From: Tubulanus polymorphus
Lineage: Eukaryota; Animalia; Nemertea
DNA: 64,000 nt
Assembly: GCF_964204645.1 (NCBI RefSeq)
Contig: NC_134028.1
Coordinates: 9,486,001 to 9,550,000 of the forward strand
Direction: 5' to 3'
Shown: in pieces, positions 58,313 to 64,000 of the stretch
Numbering within the stretch: the stretch's first letter is position 1
Layout of the letters: every line of letters starts with the position of its first letter
The notes under the pieces: generated by a model
Told to the model about the DNA's origin: nothing
Databases searched by the model: none
What the model saw: only the letters and a program-made list of their open reading frames with translations
Position numbers and translations under genes: made by a program

Positions 58313-59146
58313 ACAAAAAGTGTAAAACTAGAATAAGAATTGGTGAACATCGAGTGTCATATTTTCTTTTTGTTATTGTGGCCCGAATCACCCATCATCA
58401 TAAGCCAAAACGCTGTATGCTGTATTAATTTGGACTGTGAGTGCGTCTCAAAATCTTCTACAATCTGTCAATCATAAAACAAAATGGTGGACGGTTCATT
58501 GCAGCGATAAAGTGTAGTCAATTTCTCAGTGATAGGATGCTTTTCGATCTATGTTACGCTCACTTTCATCTACGAATTATTTGACTAATTGATTAGTTTT
58601 TCAATAGAAATGTTATTCAGATCCTGTCGTTAAAGTCCTTGCTGAAATTCTTATGCAGGACACTTTCGCATTTGATCGATGATGAGCGATCGATACGTTA
58701 CGTCTTGTCGATGAGTATGTTGAATTTTACCTCGATAAAGTTTGAAGTTTGGGGATTTGAATTAAAAATCGAAAAGAAAACATCGTCTTACTTAACATAT
58801 ATTCATATAATGACGATTGCGTGGTTTTACTGTCATTCCTTTTAAGGATAAACGTCCACGCGAAATATAACACCATATACCTTCGGCTTCTTTTCAACTG
58901 AATGGATGATCTGGCAAACTTGAAATTAATTTTTAGGTTTCCGAATCCGAAAATGATCTTTCAATGGTAATAAGATTCGCTTTCTCACTCAGTGTATGGC
59001 AAAGATTTCCGTAAGAATTTATTTGCCTATAAGAAAAGTTGACTCGAATTTGAAATTGAAGTGCGACAACCCAGTGCTAGTAGCGAACCTGGTGGAATCC
59101 TCGTATGCCAAAGTTGCCGGTATAATATAAGGAGTTTCGGCGTTTA

Positions 59147-59412
59147 GGCCACACCAAAACAAATCTTGGGTATAGTTTTGAAAATTGGGTAGGTCACCGT
59201 AAATACTTTTTACTGGACCAAATCTGTAGTCAGGAATATGATGAACAGCTAGTAGACCACAATCATAAAAGGGAATTGAGGTGTTAGCACAATTACCTAT
59301 AAAAAAAACTATATTTTGAACATATTTCACGGAATTCCTGGAATTTTACAGTCCAAGGTCGAAATATCGGGTCGGTCGGGCCCGAGAAACAGGTTTTTCT
59401 TTTGGTGTGGCC
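59147..59412. mobile_element. PIF/Harbinger-type MITE
   Basis: TIRs ggccacaccaaaa / ttttggtgtggcc flanked by TTA on both sides. Confidence 0.75.
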
Positions 59413-59609
59413 TTAGCGGTTACCCTCAGAGCAGGGCCACGTTCTGCCCGGCGGATATTGTGATGCCATCGGGAATCAATGACCTAATCCGAAGCAAAAG
59501 CCGCATTATGCACCTCTTACCCATGTCCAGTGGTAGGTTACTCGTTTCATAATCTATGGCTTTATGGATTATGAATTAATTGAAAGTAATGAATGAGATT
59601 ACCGCTTTG

Positions 59610-59920
59610 TAGCTTCAGGAACTTCTGTCTCTATAATATAAGCCAGGACGTTCTTTGCGCTCAGAAAATAAAGTCACTTGTGTTTTGCCTAAAACAATGT
59701 TTTATGGCGGTAGATCTTTTTCACACGCAGCTCCAATGTTATGAAATAATCGGCTCATCGATCTTCGGAACTGTAATGACATTGATGATTCTAAATCTCA
59801 TCTTCAGCTTTAAAACTGTCCTTATTAAATCAAGAACACTTTTGTTAGCAGTTTGAATTGTGTTTTATAGCCTAATCGTTATATTTGATAAAAAATATTG
59901 CGGTCTATATAAATTGCTAT
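59610..59920 (+). mobile_element. L2/CR1-group LINE 3' remnant
   Basis: Degenerate YKPGRSLRSENK...FYGGRSFSHAAPML*NN..DLRNCNDIDDSKSHL, typical of the L2 ORF2 C-terminus; 3' end gcggtctatataaat. Confidence 0.65.
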
Positions 59921-60499
59921 TACCCTATTGAGCAATTATTTCATAATTAGTCCACGACACCATCTTAGTTCTAATGTCTATCTAACCACGACTAAAAAGT
60001 ACTAAAAATCAAGAACTTTTGGGCTTAAGTTGTGATTGCAATTTATCCTGATTGACCGCTTCAATCTCTAAACGATAGTTGTCAATGTGGATGTTATTTC
60101 TTTCCGTAAATCAAAGACTTCGATGTGAAAAATGGATAAGATTATTTGAGAATTGGATGTGTGGGCTTTTTATCTGCGTATTGGTAACGAAATACCACCA
60201 ATTTCAGTTCGGCTATCATAACATAAGTATCCTATATTTTCAAAAACAAGGACTATGGTGTGGGCATTAAATAGCGAATTGTCAATAAGTACATCTAATC
60301 GCTTTTTTTCTGTAGTTTGGATAGAGTGTAACTTGAGGTATATTTATTTAGGCAAAAGGTATATTTCCTGCTATGTGGAAACGCCCTAAGTATTTCCCTG
60401 CTGCGGGCATAAAATACATACAAAATCTGGAAATTACTGTGGTAGCTGGCGGTATATGTGTGTGGGGGCCTCCAGCTAGCAAGTTCCCCCTGAAAATCT

Positions 60500-60720
60500 T
60501 TTCTTGCAGCCACGTGTCCGGGCCTTTTTTCGGCACCAGCGGAAAAGCTCGGAAACCGCTCGTGAAAACCAGCCTTTATATGTTCAATGTCACCGTAGAA
60601 AACAGGCTACCCCAAGCGCGTGCAAAAAGACTACGCGTATGACTATGCATTTTGAAAATAGAATCCTCAGAGATGTATTCCAAAGACCTCCTATTGGAAG
60701 GGGGAAATAAGTTACTCTTT
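60500..60720 (+). mobile_element. Possible Penelope-like retroelement remnant
   Basis: The peptide ...HFENRILRDVFQRPPIGRGK loosely resembles the RT/GIY-YIG linker of Penelope-like elements; weak evidence. Confidence 0.3.
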
Positions 60721-62224
60721 GAGTTACCCAAAAATGCCGTCAAAAACAAAGCCAGCCTCACTTATGAAATCAGTCATCACAATTATGTTACGAATTATCT
60801 TTCTTGGACAGGTATGTATCATTACTATTCATTATTCATTCTATTTCCCTGATATTCGGTATCCAGACGGTCCGGCGAAGTATTACGGTACCGACGCTAC
60901 CGGATAAGGCGGAGTTTACCGTATCCGTGAATTCAGGTAAAATATTTAAGAGAATATGTATTCATTAAAAAGAACAGTACATTTCTTCAAAATTCATTCA
61001 GCCGATATCAATCTTTTTAAAGTTACTAGCGTAATAATATCGGTGTTTGATTTCATTAGTCAACCCTCGATAGACAGCAAGCCCCCCCCCCCCCCCCCCC
61101 GTAACCGTCTTTTCTCCTCTTCCTTGGATCATCAGCATTTTGCCTTGGAACTATTCAAAATTCACCACCGATTTACCGTCAAAATCATAAATCACCCCTA
61201 TGTGACCGGTACAGCGATGGTTGATTGGTGTAGTCAATCTATTTTTACCACAAATTGCAGTGTGAAAAGTAAACTGCGCGAATATGTGGAATCTGACGAC
61301 AACACATGAAAGATTGAGTGGAATGTTTTCGACATTGTCAGTTTTGAAATGGCTTGGTATAGCTGATGAGTGTGTGCATTCGCGACTACGACGTACCGTA
61401 TAATCACTACGTCCTTCGACTAAACTGGTCGGTGTTCCGGCACGGAACGGTTTAGCTGATGATACGTACATTCAGTTTTGAACAGTACGTATAATTTCCA
61501 TCCTATTACATGCGCAATTTACCAGACAATCTGATTTTAAGCGCTTCCGTCGGTAAAAGCTCGCATATTAAGTACCCTCCAAAGATAAATGATAACTATC
61601 TGTGAAAATGAATATTTGACAAAAATTTCTCATTTAGAATGTTTGATGCGATAAACGTAATAGACTCATATAAGCCGTTTAAAATTAAGTAACCGTGTCG
61701 CTGAAAATGCGAATCATTGATATATCGAGTGTGTATATGATTACGTTGAATATACTTTTAGCTGAGAGTAGTCGACTTCCGGCGTAACTTGGCGGTAATA
61801 TTCCTGCGACTGAAGAATATTCGCGACACTGACAGTTTAGCTACATGAGAAAGACGTACGTACTTCTTCCGCAAAGATAAAGGCGTGAGAAACTAATACG
61901 CAACGAATCATAAATCCCCGTTTTGTACGAGGATATGCCCGGTAGCTAGCGACCGTAATTATCCCTAACGATACAAATCAGAAAATACGAAATCAAAAAA
62001 TGGTTATATCGAATTTTCGTTTAAACTTCGTATATATCTGTTAAAAACCTTGGTACGAAAGATCTATACAATCAATTTACCAAATGAAACAGTTTCTTTA
62101 TTCTTGAACCTTTTATTCTTATAAAAATATGATGGTGTCCCTGTCAGGTCTCTGCAAAAGTGAATCATGGTTCTAAAACTGGGAAAAATCCTAGCACAAA
62201 CATGTCTGGTGCATACTTTATAGA

Positions 62225-62580
62225 TGAATAATAATAATTATGATTAATGATAATAATAACAACAATTTAATCCAATTAATATAGCGCCCTTTCCATTGTG
62301 AAACGACGTTCAACGGCGTGTTGATGTAACTTCACACACGCAGCTTTGAGCAGGCAAGTTTTAAAGTTTGCATCTGAATGACAGAACTGATGTCTCTGAA
62401 CGGGGTGATAATTGCAGAGAGTTCAATAGGTGCTATAACTAAAAATGAACGGCCACCGAACAGCTTGAGTCGATAACTATGACGGGATAGAGGTCCTGTG
62501 AACTGGATCGGAGAGCACGACGAGGGACGTAGGGTGTAATGAGGTCACAAAGGCACTGCGGTGCAAGTCCCTGCAGAGGA
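62225..62580 (-). mobile_element. L2/CR1-group LINE 3' remnant
   Basis: Degenerate LQGLAPQCLCDLITPYVPRRALRSS...FGGRSF...FRCKLKTCLLKAA, ending in ggcgctatatt plus a (TTA)n-like tail. Confidence 0.7.
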
Positions 62581-64000
62581 ATATGAAAAAAGCGCCAGTC
62601 ATTGATAACAACACCAGTAACGGGACCTTGTAATTGTCAGCGTTATAAAGGAATTCGGTCGCTTAACGAAAGTAAACTTCATAAGGCCGTTATAAATCCT
62701 ATTTCGATTCATATTCAACATAACCGCACCCGGAAATCCATTCTTATTGCTTTCAAAACCCAAATAAAATGAATTTTAAAATGAATTCCTTGCAATTTCA
62801 GTAGGCAAGCATTCCATATGATAGTCTCTGTATTCAGTGGGGATTTCGTTGGCGTATATGAGTGTTGTTTTGGTTGGTTGGGCTAGAGCGCCTTGAACCT
62901 CCTTGGCGTAAAAGCTGATGATCAGAAGCGTTATATATTACATCAGCTCTTCACACGCGATGTGAACCGTCTATACATGCATGCCTACTTGAACAGAAAA
63001 GAGCGAAATGAAATGATTTTTCCTTTAAAGGCAAATATCAATCATTTTTCACTCAAGTACGAAAAAAAATGTTGTTCAAACGGCATTATTTACTATTCAC
63101 ACATAGGGACATGAATTCTTTATCATGGATGTTATTATCAAGGTTAACTTTGACTGCTTATGTATAACTTTCTTAACGCGCGCGCAGATTTTCTATATTT
63201 TTAGCGAGCTGGGGTCTAGTGCTACAATTACGAGGCACAGCTAGTTATCTATTAAAATCGACGAGTTTCTTACGGGTTAACTACCAGTTATATCTTAACC
63301 GGCAAGCGTAACTGGGCCCTGTGGGTATCATCATATTGACCAAGAGACGTTTAGCAACGACGAGTTGTGATATGAAATATCTAATAGACGGTTGAAAAAC
63401 TTACTTGTAAGTAAAACGTTACGTAAATCTATCCGATTAGGTTAAACAGATGTTTGCGAGAGAGAGACGTAAGTCGAGAATCCGTCACTTCACCGACCAG
63501 ATGACTGGAATGCACGTGTCTCAATCTACACCACACACAGGCGCACACTCCCTCCGTCTCGTTCCCTTATTGCCCTTTATATCAATTCGATTTAATCATC
63601 CCCACAGAAAATAGATTAATTATTTTCTCCGCAGAATCCGTGAGCGACCCAACCCATAATAGGATGAGAGACAGTAATCTACAGTGTAGTTTTAATCAAA
63701 CGTGCCAATATTTCCGTTTGATCAATCTTGTTTTAAGACGACCAATCAGCCAGCGTCTTGTGTGGTCGAAAAACTCGCGTAGATCATCGCAATTTGCGTC
63801 TTGTAGCCCACCGTAACTGATCAATCGGTTAGTCTCTTCGATAACGAGTGAACTTATGCAATATTTCGATGTAAACCAGTGAATAAATTATGTTGATAGA
63901 TTTTAATAACGCATTCGTAATCAATTGTGAATTGTTATGCCGTATTAATGGAAAGACAGTACAAAACACATGACCAAATAAGCCCTTGCATGAGAACGTC

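Overview
AT-rich (roughly 38% GC by eye), repeat-dense eukaryotic genomic DNA. It is probably from a lophotrochozoan invertebrate, inferred from the cephalopod-like opsin. Two intron-containing genes lie on the minus strand. (1) A Gq-coupled rhabdomeric opsin has three coding exons (55508-55770, 52185-52321, 47648-48570; 440 aa). (2) A heparan sulfate glucosamine 3-O-sulfotransferase of the HS3ST2/3/4/6 (gD) type has exons 34733-35520 and 7459-8074 (467 aa), separated by a 26.7-kb intron. The most unusual feature is a second, diverged HS3ST 5' module upstream: a TM/stem exon at ~41932-42241 plus a PAPS-binding exon at 40671-40866. It ends at the identical codon and splice phase and has no visible catalytic exon of its own. 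This suggests a 'variable first exons + shared constant exon' sulfotransferase locus, resembling the UGT1A architecture, in which the two modules differ at active-site-adjacent residues. The rest is non-coding: many MITE families (one nested, one carrying a tRNA-like Pol III cassette, one spawning a minisatellite), L2/RTE/SINE remnants, long hairpins and (TA)n tracts. Most short ORFs in the track are spurious.
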